Shown here: in pieces, positions 19,812-31,161 of the stretch | Layout of the letters: each line of letters opens with the position of its first letter | Position numbering within the stretch: position 1 is the first letter of the stretch | Notes under the pieces: model-generated | Told to the model about the DNA's origin: nothing | The model's database searches: none | The model's input: the letters and a program-made list of their open reading frames with translations, nothing else | Assembly: GCA_964410165.1 (NCBI GenBank) | Contig: CAYPFT010000004.1 | Coordinates: forward strand, 1-51,466 | Direction of reading: 5' to 3' | Length of the DNA stretch: 51,466 nt | Source of the DNA: an uncultured Candidatus Saccharibacteria bacterium | Lineage (GTDB): Bacteria; Patescibacteriota; Minisyncoccia; Phycocordibacterales; CAIJYI01 | Program-made: the position numbers and the translations under genes

Positions 19812-20378
19812 CCTCTTTTGCCACTCTCGACGCCTCTCACCGCAAGTTTCAATCCCGCAGTAAACGATGTTACCGGTGCACCAAGTTGTACTACCACCGC
19901 CACAGCAAGCAGTTCTGTCGGCACGTACCCCATCGTCTGCACCATCGGCACACTTACCTCAAATACCTACGACTTCGCTTTTGCCACTGGTACCCTCCCC
20001 ATTTTCTACCGTTTCGACGGCTTTCTCCAGCCGATTAACGATACGGCGTATCACCCCGCGCAAGCACAGAGCGTTTTCAAAAGCGGAAGCACGATTCCCG
20101 TAAAATTTCAGATCAAAAAATCCGACGGCACGCCAATACAAACAAGCACCATGCCGCTCTTTCTTACCCCGCAAAATGGCGGAGCAATGACGGCATCCGT
20201 TGATGAGTCCGCTTATTCCGACATCGCATCAACCGGAAACGCTTTCCGATGGGACAGTACGGCACAGCAGTATATTTACAATTGGAGCACGAAAGGACTC
20301 GCAACCGGATACTGGTACAAACTTTCCGCGAAACTTGATGACGGAAAAACTTACTCAGTGACGGTTGGTTTGCGGTAA
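19812..20378 (+). pseudogene. 5'-truncated surface-protein remnant: partial MBG/Ig-like repeat + PxKF-type domain
   Basis: No credible start or signal peptide, frame abuts res stop; TTATASSSVGTYPI..GTL; C-terminal ~120 aa nearly identical to the end of 9824-13090. Confidence 0.8.
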
Positions 20379-20405
20379 AGTATCGAAAGGTGGTAAAATA
20401 AAAAT

Positions 20406-20830
20406 ATGAAAATGACAAAGAAAATTGTGTTAATTGCCTCACTGGTTGGAATTGCGATGTTTTTTATAATTGCTGGAACTCGCGGTGTCCCTTTTGCTTG
20501 TGTGCAACATGATATCATGTGCATGAAAAAATATGATGCTGTTTCTCAATTATTTTTAGTAGCCCCCCCCTCTTCCTCCTCTCCCTCATAACCTACCGCA
20601 TGCGAGATGAAATCTTCCGCGCATGGTGGAACTTCGCCCGGTGGTGGGTGCCGGTCATCATTCTCGTTGCCTATCTCCAAAGTACTCAAAGCGGTGGCGG
20701 AGGCTTGGGTATCGGCGGAGCGATGTCTTCCGCCTTTGACGCACTCGTACTCGGATTCTTTTACGCCGTTCTCATCATCGTTTCCCTCTGGCGCATCGTG
20801 AGAAAATATCGGCAGATGAAACGGGGATAA
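20406..20830 (+). pseudogene. Frameshifted paralog of 13124-13513 membrane protein
   Basis: MKMTKK start; C8 tract 20563-20570; the other frame continues LFLLSLITYRMRDEIFRAWWNFARWWVP. Confidence 0.85.
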
Positions 20831-20932
20831 TAATGACCGGTGTAAGATTTTTTGTCACGAGCGCGTCGCGTTGCGCTATGCACACCTTGCTGTTGCATGC
20901 ACCACCCGTTCCGCGATACAATGTAGGTATTC

Positions 20933-21781
20933 ATGGAAACGTTTATTTATTTTCTCATTTTTATTTTTGGCGCGATTATCGGCAGTTTTTTGAATGTTGT
21001 CATTTTTCGGTATCATTCGGGGGCGACTTTTCTCGGACGTTCTCTGTGTTTTTCATGCGGCAAAACGCTTTTGTGGCACGATCTTGTTCCCGTCTTGAGT
21101 TTTGCGGCGCTTCGGGGGAAATGCCGTTTTTGCCGAAGCAAAATTTCATTTGAATACGCCGTGGTTGAGATTCTTGCCGGAGCGCTTTTTGCACTGATGT
21201 TCTGGAAAACGGGCGGCGTAGCGGTTTTTTTAAGCGCTTTGAACGGCGGCGGGAGCATGCTCTGGTATCTTTTGGACATCTTTTCTCTTTTTGCAATCGG
21301 AAGCCTGCTTCTCGTCATCGGCGGGTATGATATAAAGCACAAAATTGTTCCGGATGCTTTTGTGTACGGTTTTGCCGGTCTCGCTTTCCTGCGCCTTATT
21401 TTTTTTCCGCTTCTCGTGCCGATCTCTCCGGTTGATTTTCTTGCCGGCCCGATTCTCGCGCTTCCGTTCGCGTTTTTGTGGCATATTTCCGATGGGAAAT
21501 GGATGGGGTTCGGAGATGCGAAAATCGCCCTCGGCATCGGGTGGTTCTTGGGGCTTTCCGCCGGTTTTACGGCGATCGTTCTCGCGTTTTGGATCGGTGC
21601 GGTTTTCGGACTCATCCTTATCGCTTTCGGAAAACTTGCCCGGTCCTCTTTTTTTGAATCGCTCTTTCGCCAGCGCATTACTTTGAAAAGCGAAATTCCG
21701 TTCGCGCCGTTTTTGATCGTCGGACTGTTGCTCACACTTTTTGTTTCTCAAATTATGGTATGGGCGAATGTTTTGTATTAA
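20933..21781 (+). CDS. pilD: Prepilin peptidase A24
   Basis: GSFLNVVI.R, CxxC pairs, YD, MGFGD.K, IPFAPFL. Confidence 0.93.
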   Translation: METFIYFLIFIFGAIIGSFLNVVIFRYHSGATFLGRSLCFSCGKTLLWHDLVPVLSFAALRGKCRFCRSKISFEYAVVEILAGALFALMFWKTGGVAVFLSALNGGGSMLWYLLDIFSLFAIGSLLLVIGGYDIKHKIVPDAFVYGFAGLAFLRLIFFPLLVPISPVDFLAGPILALPFAFLWHISDGKWMGFGDAKIALGIGWFLGLSAGFTAIVLAFWIGAVFGLILIAFGKLARSSFFESLFRQRITLKSEIPFAPFLIVGLLLTLFVSQIMVWANVLY

Positions 21782-21790
21782 AAGTAGGGC

Positions 21791-22405
21791 ATGATACTTC
21801 ATAGAAAAAATGTAAAAGAGAGAAATAACGATGAGGGTTTTACCCTTTTTGAACTTTTGGTAACCATGAGCGTTTTCCTCTTGCTTTCCACGGTAGTGGT
21901 CGCGAATTTCAGATCGGTTGACAATACTCTCGTTTTGCGGAATGTGGCAAACCAAGCCGCCGTCGTTATCAGAAAAGCCCAAATTCAAGGAATTTCCGTA
22001 AAGGGTTTCGTTACCGGAACGGGCGAGGTATTCCCAAGTTACGGAGTAAACTTCGCCATGTCAGACAACACAACTTTCGCCTTGTTTGCCGACATCCCGC
22101 CCTTATTGGGGAATGGTATTTTTGACGGGACGTGTCCGAGTTCCGCCGAATGCGTACAGCGATACACTTTGGCGCGAGGGTATACCATAAAACAGCTCTG
22201 CGGTAACCAAAAAACCGGAGGACCGCTCGCTACGTGCGCTCTGGCATTTCTTGATGTAACGTTCACGCGCCCCGATCCCGAAGCGCTTCTTCTCGGGAAC
22301 CCCGGCGATATTGTATTTTCCGATGCGGAAATAGTTTTGCAATCAAGAAACGGAACAACGAAAACGATTGTTATTTGGGAAACGGGACAAATAACGGTAG
22401 AGTAG
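21791..22405 (+). CDS. Type IV minor pilin (FimU/GspH-like)
   Basis: G|FTLFELLV prepilin motif. Confidence 0.85.
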   Translation: MILHRKNVKERNNDEGFTLFELLVTMSVFLLLSTVVVANFRSVDNTLVLRNVANQAAVVIRKAQIQGISVKGFVTGTGEVFPSYGVNFAMSDNTTFALFADIPPLLGNGIFDGTCPSSAECVQRYTLARGYTIKQLCGNQKTGGPLATCALAFLDVTFTRPDPEALLLGNPGDIVFSDAEIVLQSRNGTTKTIVIWETGQITVE

Positions 22406-22429
22406 AATAGAATAAGAGAAAAAAACAAC

Positions 22430-23074
22430 ATGACAGGCGCGAAGAATAAAAAAAACGAAAAAAGTACAAAATGCCGGCGGAAAGGAGGCGGGTATACCGT
22501 CATTGAACTTATTGTTTCCGTCGGGTTATTTTCGGCGATTGTGCTTTTGGCATCGAGTGCGTTCTTCGGGGTGGTAAGCTCCAACAGAAAAACGCTCGCG
22601 GTGCGCTCGGCGATGGATAATCTGAATTTCGCCGTTGAGAGCATGTCGCGCGACATGAAAACCGGATTTACGTATCATTGCGGTGCGTTCGGACTTATAG
22701 ACGCGGCGCAAGATTGCATTGACGGAGCTTCTTACATTTCATTTGAAGGACAGTATGGAGATATGACCACTCCCGACGATCAGATCGTTTACCGTCGCGG
22801 AGATCCGTCTTTCCCGAATTGTCCGTCGCCGCAACAGATATGCAGATCCGTATTCGGCGGGGCCGCGGATTCTTTTCTCGCCATAACCGCTCCGCCGCCG
22901 GAGCTTTCCATTACCGGACTGGCGTTCCGCGTTTATGGTTCGCGAGAAGGATTCACGAGCGACGTCGATCAGCCGCGCGTTACCATCGTCATTATAGGAA
23001 CGGCGGGAGCGGGAGTTGCCGCGTCAACATTTGACATACAGACGACCGTTTCCCAGAGACTGCCCGATACTTAA
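22430..23074 (+). CDS. Type IV minor pilin (PilW/GspJ-like)
   Basis: G|YTVIELIV; MSRDMK; QTTVSQR. Confidence 0.85.
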   Translation: MTGAKNKKNEKSTKCRRKGGGYTVIELIVSVGLFSAIVLLASSAFFGVVSSNRKTLAVRSAMDNLNFAVESMSRDMKTGFTYHCGAFGLIDAAQDCIDGASYISFEGQYGDMTTPDDQIVYRRGDPSFPNCPSPQQICRSVFGGAADSFLAITAPPPELSITGLAFRVYGSREGFTSDVDQPRVTIVIIGTAGAGVAASTFDIQTTVSQRLPDT

Positions 23075-23085
23075 TCACAGAATTT

Positions 23086-23691
23086 ATGAATACAAAACAT
23101 TTTACAAATTTTACAACGCCGCCGCGAGCCGCTTCCGGTTTTATGCTGATTGAAACCGTTGTCGCCATATCACTGCTCATGCTGGCTCTTCCCGCCGCGC
23201 TTACCGTCGCGTCAAAAAGCATTTCTCTCGCGACGTATTCCCGGGATCAGATCACGGCGATATACTTGGCCCAAGAGGGTATTGAGATTATCCGCAACCT
23301 GCGCGATCAAAATATGTTAAAAATCGTCGGCGGGACGGTGGAATCCAAAAAATGGACGGAAGGGTTTTTCGGGGGAGGGTCATGCAATGCCGGCGCGAAC
23401 GGGTGCCGCGTTGATTATGGCGTTGGAACCATTTACCCCCGCATAGAAAGATGCACCGGAGCTTCATGTTCTTTCGTCTTAAACAAAAGCATTTCCGGTC
23501 CGTATACCGGTACGTATTCTCACACTGTCGGTACGGATTGGGTGCCTACGCCTTTCAGTCGCTTTGTTCGAACGAGCAACGTTCCGGGTACTTCCGATGA
23601 AATTCAGGTGGTTTCCACGGTTACGTATAAATCTCGCGGAATTGCCAAAACGGTGGTGTTGTCGGAGAATTTAACCAAATGGTTGCAATAA
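23086..23691 (+). CDS. Type IV minor pilin (PilV/GspI-like)
   Basis: G|FMLIETVVA; AIYLAQEGIE.IRN.RD. Confidence 0.85.
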   Translation: MNTKHFTNFTTPPRAASGFMLIETVVAISLLMLALPAALTVASKSISLATYSRDQITAIYLAQEGIEIIRNLRDQNMLKIVGGTVESKKWTEGFFGGGSCNAGANGCRVDYGVGTIYPRIERCTGASCSFVLNKSISGPYTGTYSHTVGTDWVPTPFSRFVRTSNVPGTSDEIQVVSTVTYKSRGIAKTVVLSENLTKWLQ

Positions 23692-23713
23692 AGGGAATGT
23701 CCCGCATAAAAAA

Positions 23714-24367
23714 ATGACAGATAGTATATACAAAAGAAAACAAAAGAAGTTCGATGGCGGTTTCGTCATGCTGTACGCTATTCTTATTACGGTGGCCGTT
23801 ATTTCCATCGGTTTAAGTTTGCTCAGTGTTTTAATTGAGCAAGTCCCCATTTCTGGGCTGGAGAGAGAATCGAGCCTGGCGTTTTACTCTGCGGATATCG
23901 GCCTTGAATGCGCGCTGTATTGGGATAATATATCATCGCCAGGCACGTTCGTAAGCGGACCGCCGTGGCCTGTAACTTGCAATAACGCCGCTCCGCTTGG
24001 CCCCGGAGTCGTAAAGACGACGAGTCTGACTCCTCCTCCCCCACCTCCCGATCCGGGTACCACTAGCGGCAAGAAGGGAAGAGGGAGAGGCAAAATCGGC
24101 GGGAGCTGTAAGGGGAGAAAAAGCTGTCCCCCTCCGCCTCCGCCCGGCTCCGTCCCACTCGAGGATTGGAACTATGCTTTTCAGTTCGCCTTGCCTCAAG
24201 GGGGGTGTGCCGATCTCCATGTTATCAAAACGGTTGATCAAACCGACCCGCTCAATTTGGTTATCCTTTACACCTCGGTAGAGTCAAGAGGGTACAATAC
24301 CACTTGTCCGCCGGCCGCTTCAACAAAACCATGGAGGATGGAACGCGGACTTCGGGTTGAGTATTAA
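23714..24367 (+). CDS. Type IV minor pilin (PilX/GspK-like)
   Basis: G|FVMLYA lacking Glu5; AFYSADIGLECALY; ESRGYN. Confidence 0.8.
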   Translation: MTDSIYKRKQKKFDGGFVMLYAILITVAVISIGLSLLSVLIEQVPISGLERESSLAFYSADIGLECALYWDNISSPGTFVSGPPWPVTCNNAAPLGPGVVKTTSLTPPPPPPDPGTTSGKKGRGRGKIGGSCKGRKSCPPPPPPGSVPLEDWNYAFQFALPQGGCADLHVIKTVDQTDPLNLVILYTSVESRGYNTTCPPAASTKPWRMERGLRVEY

Positions 24368-26674
<2,307 letters not shown>

Positions 26675-26718
26675 AAAAATAAGTTTGAAAAACCTTTGAA
26701 ATAGGGTATTATGGACAT

Positions 26719-27006
26719 ATGATAACCAAAGAAGACATCCAAAATCTCGCGGAACTCGCCCGTATTGAGGTTGAAGAAGGAGAGGTGGAGCGTTTCCGTT
26801 CAAGCATTGAGGACATACTGGGGTATGTTTCCGAGATAGGCGCGGTATCCGGTGAAGAAGCGTCAAAAACAGCTCTGTCGGCCGATCTCAGGAATGTCTT
26901 CCGCGAAGATGGCGAACCGCACGAATCGGGGCGGTACACCGAAGGTGTTTTGGCAAACGCTCCGGACAAGGAAGGGGGGTATTTGAAAGTAAAAAAGATT
27001 TTGTAA
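26719..27006 (+). CDS. gatC: Asp/Glu-tRNA amidotransferase subunit C
   Basis: LAELARI, NVFRED, ANAP; precedes gatA. Confidence 0.92.
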   Translation: MITKEDIQNLAELARIEVEEGEVERFRSSIEDILGYVSEIGAVSGEEASKTALSADLRNVFREDGEPHESGRYTEGVLANAPDKEGGYLKVKKIL

Positions 27007-27050
27007 TCGTGAAAAACACAAATTGATTGATTAGCGTGCTTTGTAATTTT

Positions 27051-28472
27051 ATGAATATCAATCTCGCGGAACTCACCATAGCAAAAGCGCAAAAACATCT
27101 TCGCGATGGCGATTTTTCCGCGGTTGAACTCGCCACAGTCTATCTTGAAAATATTGAAAAAAACAATAAGGAGATTTTTGCTTACATTGAAGTATTCAAT
27201 GACGTTTTGGGGCAAGCGCGACAAGCGGACAGGATGCTTAAAACAGGCCATGCTCTCCCGCTTACCGGCATTCCGATTGCCGTTAAAGATATTCTTCTCA
27301 TTGAAGGCAAAGAATCCGCCGCCGCTTCAAAGATCCTCAAAGGACATATCGGCATCTATGATGCGACAGTCGTTAAAAAACTAAAAGAGCAAGGTGCGGT
27401 ATTTTTGGGGCGCGCGAACATGGATGAATTTGCCATGGGCGGTTCGACAGAAACAAGTTGCTATGGCGTAACCCGAAATCCGCGCGATACGTCGCGCGTC
27501 CCGGGAGGATCTTCCGGCGGTTCAGCCGCGGCGGTTGCGGCAGATATGGCGCTTGCCGCGCTTGGTTCCGATACCGGCGGTTCAGTCCGCCAGCCGGCGG
27601 CATTTTGCGGCATCGTCGGATTGAAGCCGACGTACGGCGCCGTTTCGCGCTACGGACTCATGGCAATGGCGTCGTCCCTTGACCAGATCGGACCATTTGC
27701 GAAGACCGCGGAAGACGCGGAAATTCTTTTTGAAGCGATACGCGGGCATGATAGAATGGACAGCACTTCCGCTCCGGATGAAGCGGGGCCGAAAAAGGAA
27801 ACAAAACCAAAACTCACCATCGGCGTTCCGCGGGAATTTTTATCGTCAGGCGGACTCGACCCGAAAGTTCTTCAAAATTTTGAAAGCGCCTTGGATCGGC
27901 TCAAAGAGAAAGGGCATACGGTGCGGGATATTTCGCTTCCGTTCCTTAAATACGCTCTTGCGGCGTACTATATTCTTATGCCGGCGGAAGCGTCTTCAAA
28001 CCTTGCGCGTTTCGACGGCATTCGTTTCGGGCTTTCCGTTTCCGGAGAGAGCGTTTCCGATTCCTACAAAAAAACGCGCCGCTCCGGATTCGGAGAGGAA
28101 GTCCGGCGGCGCATCATGCTCGGCACCTACGTACTCTCGTCCGGGTATTATGATGCGTATTATGGAAAAGCGAATCATGTCCGCGCGCTTATCCGGAAAG
28201 ATTTTGACCGCGCCTTTGCTGAAGCGGACGCCATCGCCACCCCGACCGCGCCGACTCCGGCATGGAAAATCGGAGAAAAGACGAATAATCCGCTTGAAAT
28301 GTACCTCGCCGACATTTTTACCGTACCGGCAAACATCGCCGGTCTGCCCGCCATTTCCGTACCTTCCGGGACGATTGAAGAAGAGGGGAAAAAACTTCCG
28401 CTCGGGCTCCACCTTTTGGCGCCATCTTTTCGAGAAGATGTTTTATTCCGAGCGGCGAGAGATGTTGAATAG
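27051..28472 (+). CDS. gatA: Asp/Glu-tRNA amidotransferase subunit A
   Basis: NMDEFAMG, PGGSSGGSA, SDTGGSVRQP, LSSGYYDAYY. Confidence 0.97.
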   Translation: MNINLAELTIAKAQKHLRDGDFSAVELATVYLENIEKNNKEIFAYIEVFNDVLGQARQADRMLKTGHALPLTGIPIAVKDILLIEGKESAAASKILKGHIGIYDATVVKKLKEQGAVFLGRANMDEFAMGGSTETSCYGVTRNPRDTSRVPGGSSGGSAAAVAADMALAALGSDTGGSVRQPAAFCGIVGLKPTYGAVSRYGLMAMASSLDQIGPFAKTAEDAEILFEAIRGHDRMDSTSAPDEAGPKKETKPKLTIGVPREFLSSGGLDPKVLQNFESALDRLKEKGHTVRDISLPFLKYALAAYYILMPAEASSNLARFDGIRFGLSVSGESVSDSYKKTRRSGFGEEVRRRIMLGTYVLSSGYYDAYYGKANHVRALIRKDFDRAFAEADAIATPTAPTPAWKIGEKTNNPLEMYLADIFTVPANIAGLPAISVPSGTIEEEGKKLPLGLHLLAPSFREDVLFRAARDVE

Positions 28473-28584
28473 GTTATAACCACAAGCGAGAAGAAAGCGA
28501 AAATTTATTTTCATTTTCTTCGAGTGCCGTGGTTGTATACTCAAAAACTTTCGCAAACCTGTGGCTTCTGAGTATATTATTATT

Positions 28585-29175
28585 ATGTTGCAAGTTCCCA
28601 CATTATTTCCTCCTTTTCCCATTGATCTTTCCCCGATTTTTACCGTCCTGGTCAAGATGATAAAAGACCCAAGCGTTTTTTGGCATTTAATGTCAACAAG
28701 CCAGACTTTTATGACAATCCAAGTTTTTCTTTTGTTCATAAGCGCCATCCTTTTTATCGGCATCGCTTTTGTAGTGAAAAAAATAAATGAAACGAATGGA
28801 AAAGTAAACGCGAAACGAAAAAGCGATGCTCTGGCGAAGCGGGAGCAGTATGCGGGCGTAAAGTCCAAGCGTTTCGATACGGCGCAAAAGTACATCGAAA
28901 GCGATAATCCCTCCGAGTGGCGTCTCGCCATCATTGAGGCCGACGCGCTTCTTGAGGAAATGGTGAAGAAAATGGGGTATGAAGGAACGACACTCGGCGA
29001 AATGATGAAGAACATCGAACGCTCCGACTTCACGACGATAGATGAGGCGTGGGAAGCGCACAAAGTGAGAAATCAAATCGCGCACCATGGTTCGTCTTTT
29101 TCTCTCACGAAACGGGAAGCGAAGCGGATTATGCAAATGTATGAAAAAGTTTTTCGCGAGTTCGGTATCATTTAG
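28585..29175 (+). CDS. Single-TM hypothetical protein with HEPN-like RxxxxH motif
   Basis: TM; LAIIEAD..LGE..AHKVRNQIAH. Confidence 0.7.
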   Translation: MLQVPTLFPPFPIDLSPIFTVLVKMIKDPSVFWHLMSTSQTFMTIQVFLLFISAILFIGIAFVVKKINETNGKVNAKRKSDALAKREQYAGVKSKRFDTAQKYIESDNPSEWRLAIIEADALLEEMVKKMGYEGTTLGEMMKNIERSDFTTIDEAWEAHKVRNQIAHHGSSFSLTKREAKRIMQMYEKVFREFGII

Positions 29176-29178
29176 TTA

Positions 29179-29353
29179 CTCACCTTACGCACGACTGGAA
29201 AGATTTGGCGGTGAGTCCTCCTCTTTGGAGGTCTCACCGCCAAATCTCCCGCTTCCGATGCTGAACTTTGGCGGTTCCACCGCCAAGAGGCGGAGAAACC
29301 GACCAAAATTCCTCGCCGAAACCGTATGGCGGTGTAATCATGCGTAAGGTGAG
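29179..29353 (+). mobile_element. Miniature inverted-repeat element, short form
   Basis: Perfect 13-bp TIR CTCACCTTACGCA; 7-bp direct repeat TTAGTTA (29172-29178, 29354-29360); colinear with 26391-26674. Confidence 0.85.
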
Positions 29354-29411
29354 TTAGTTATCCACAGAATTCGTTTTGACCATGTAAAAGTTCGGGGTAT
29401 CATATAAGAGT

Positions 29412-29714
29412 ATGAAGCTCAACGAGAAACAACTTACTCTGATTTTTTGCATACTTTTTGCCGTTTTGATAATCGGGTATTATATTCTTTCCCGACCCTC
29501 GCAAGAACTTGCTCCGCTGACGGATATCAAGCCATCCGGTGGCGTTTTACCTTTGAGTGCGCAGGAACAAGCCCGTGTGGACCAAATGCTTTTGGAAAAG
29601 CCAACCTCATTATCCAAAGAGGATGAATCGGCTGTGGAAAAAATAGCAGAAACTCCGATAAAGCCGCTATCCGAAGTTGACGAGGCGCGGCTTAAACAAA
29701 TGCTTTCAGAGTAA
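29412..29714 (+). CDS. Small single-TM protein with short internal repeats
   Basis: N-terminal TM; three LS..E/D.AR/AV-like units. Confidence 0.7.
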   Translation: MKLNEKQLTLIFCILFAVLIIGYYILSRPSQELAPLTDIKPSGGVLPLSAQEQARVDQMLLEKPTSLSKEDESAVEKIAETPIKPLSEVDEARLKQMLSE

Positions 29715-29753
29715 TACCATCATTAATTAAACGATGGGATAATTTCATTGTCT

Positions 29754-31004
29754 ATGATGCACAATATCAAATTGTTTTCGTTTCGTTCCTTTTTCTCTCT
29801 TCTTTTTTTCTCCGCCGCAGTGTTCTTTGTCGGACCCGGTGCTGTTTTTGCGGAATCGGTTTACGAAGTAACCGGCTGGGGCTGGGGGGCGGACGACAAC
29901 TCCATTCAAGGATTTTGTACCAGCCCTTGCGCCGATCTCGGCGGACTCGGCTGGGTGAGTTTTAGCAATAAAACAGACATGACCGCCATTCCTTATGGCG
30001 TGTTTATTGACGGGACGACAGGAGATTTTAGCGGGTATGCTTGGAGCCCGAATATCGGCTGGATAGCGTTCAGCGCCTTTGATATGAAGAAATGCAGTTC
30101 CAATCCGGGCGACTCTTGCATCGTGCCAAGTCCGAAAGCGAATGTAAATATTATTACGGATCCGACAACCGGCGCAATTACCGGCGGGACGGGCATAGTA
30201 ACCGGTTGGGCTCGCGCTTGTTCCGTTTTTGTTTCCGCTTGCTCAGGCGCTATTCGTCCCGATTTGGAAAGAGGCGGCTGGGACGGGTGGATCAGTCTGC
30301 AAGGTATTTCCTCGCCGCCTTCTCGGCAACCATACGGATTGCGGTTGAATATGGTTGGTTTAGCAACGACGACATTGAAGTTTCAAGGACCGATAAACAC
30401 CGGCGTGTTTGCCGGAACCACGCTGTGCGCGTCATGCTATGCGTGGGGGGGGAGTTTCTCGGGCGCTTCCGGCTTCGGGTGGGGAATAAATGTGGGCGGA
30501 CTGAAGGTTTCTTTGGTAAATAACATCCTCCCGCCACTCCTTTCTTTTTGGGCCGACGAGACAACGCTTGTAAGCGGACAGACGACAAACTTATATTGGG
30601 TAACCAGCTCAAACGTTACCAGCTGTAATGCGACGAGTACCCCGTTTGATTCGGACTGGTCGGGCATGAAGCTCCCTTCGTCGCAAGTGCAATTTCAACC
30701 CATAGGCCCGCTTACTTCAAGCGAAGAATACACCCTTCAATGTACGGGACCATCGGGGACTACTCCGCTTCGGACAGTAAATATCACTCTCACTTCGTCC
30801 GTGTCCGTGAATGGGGCGTGCGGTTCCGCCGCCGGGGTACTTTCCCGTTTGATGCCGGAAACGAATCTTTGCAGTGCGGGTACGGCAGGTTCGGTAAAAC
30901 AAAAAGGAAGTGATTGGGAATGGACGTGTAACGGGACAAACGGAGGCGATTCCGCCGACTGTACGGCTCCGATGAAGAGAAGTTTCCAATTCATTCAATT
31001 TTAA
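29754..31004 (+). CDS. Secreted Cys/Trp/Gly-rich surface protein
   Basis: Signal peptide; GWGW/GYAW..GWI repeats; Ig-like YTLQCTG; C-terminal NGACG..NLC..WTC.G.NGG module. Confidence 0.75.
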   Translation: MMHNIKLFSFRSFFSLLFFSAAVFFVGPGAVFAESVYEVTGWGWGADDNSIQGFCTSPCADLGGLGWVSFSNKTDMTAIPYGVFIDGTTGDFSGYAWSPNIGWIAFSAFDMKKCSSNPGDSCIVPSPKANVNIITDPTTGAITGGTGIVTGWARACSVFVSACSGAIRPDLERGGWDGWISLQGISSPPSRQPYGLRLNMVGLATTTLKFQGPINTGVFAGTTLCASCYAWGGSFSGASGFGWGINVGGLKVSLVNNILPPLLSFWADETTLVSGQTTNLYWVTSSNVTSCNATSTPFDSDWSGMKLPSSQVQFQPIGPLTSSEEYTLQCTGPSGTTPLRTVNITLTSSVSVNGACGSAAGVLSRLMPETNLCSAGTAGSVKQKGSDWEWTCNGTNGGDSADCTAPMKRSFQFIQF

Positions 31005-31093
31005 CCATGAAATATCACAGTTTTGTATCAAGAGATAAGTGTTCCCGAAACTAAACAATCCTACTTTTACTGATGTGAAAATCTTAACTAAAA

Positions 31094-31132
31094 ACAATCA
31101 ACCCCGTGCTGGAACAGCACGGGGTTGATTGT
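31094..31132. terminator. Hairpin between convergent genes
   Basis: 18-bp perfect stem ACAATCAACCCCGTGCTG-GAA-CAGCACGGGGTTGATTGT. Confidence 0.7.
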
Positions 31133-31161
31133 AATCTGGCGACCTTTTTCCCCATATATCC

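Noticed and set aside
12795-20256. DGR template/variable repeat pair
   Set aside because: Differences (C/A, G/A, T/C, A/T, C/T) are not adenine-specific and no reverse transcriptase is present
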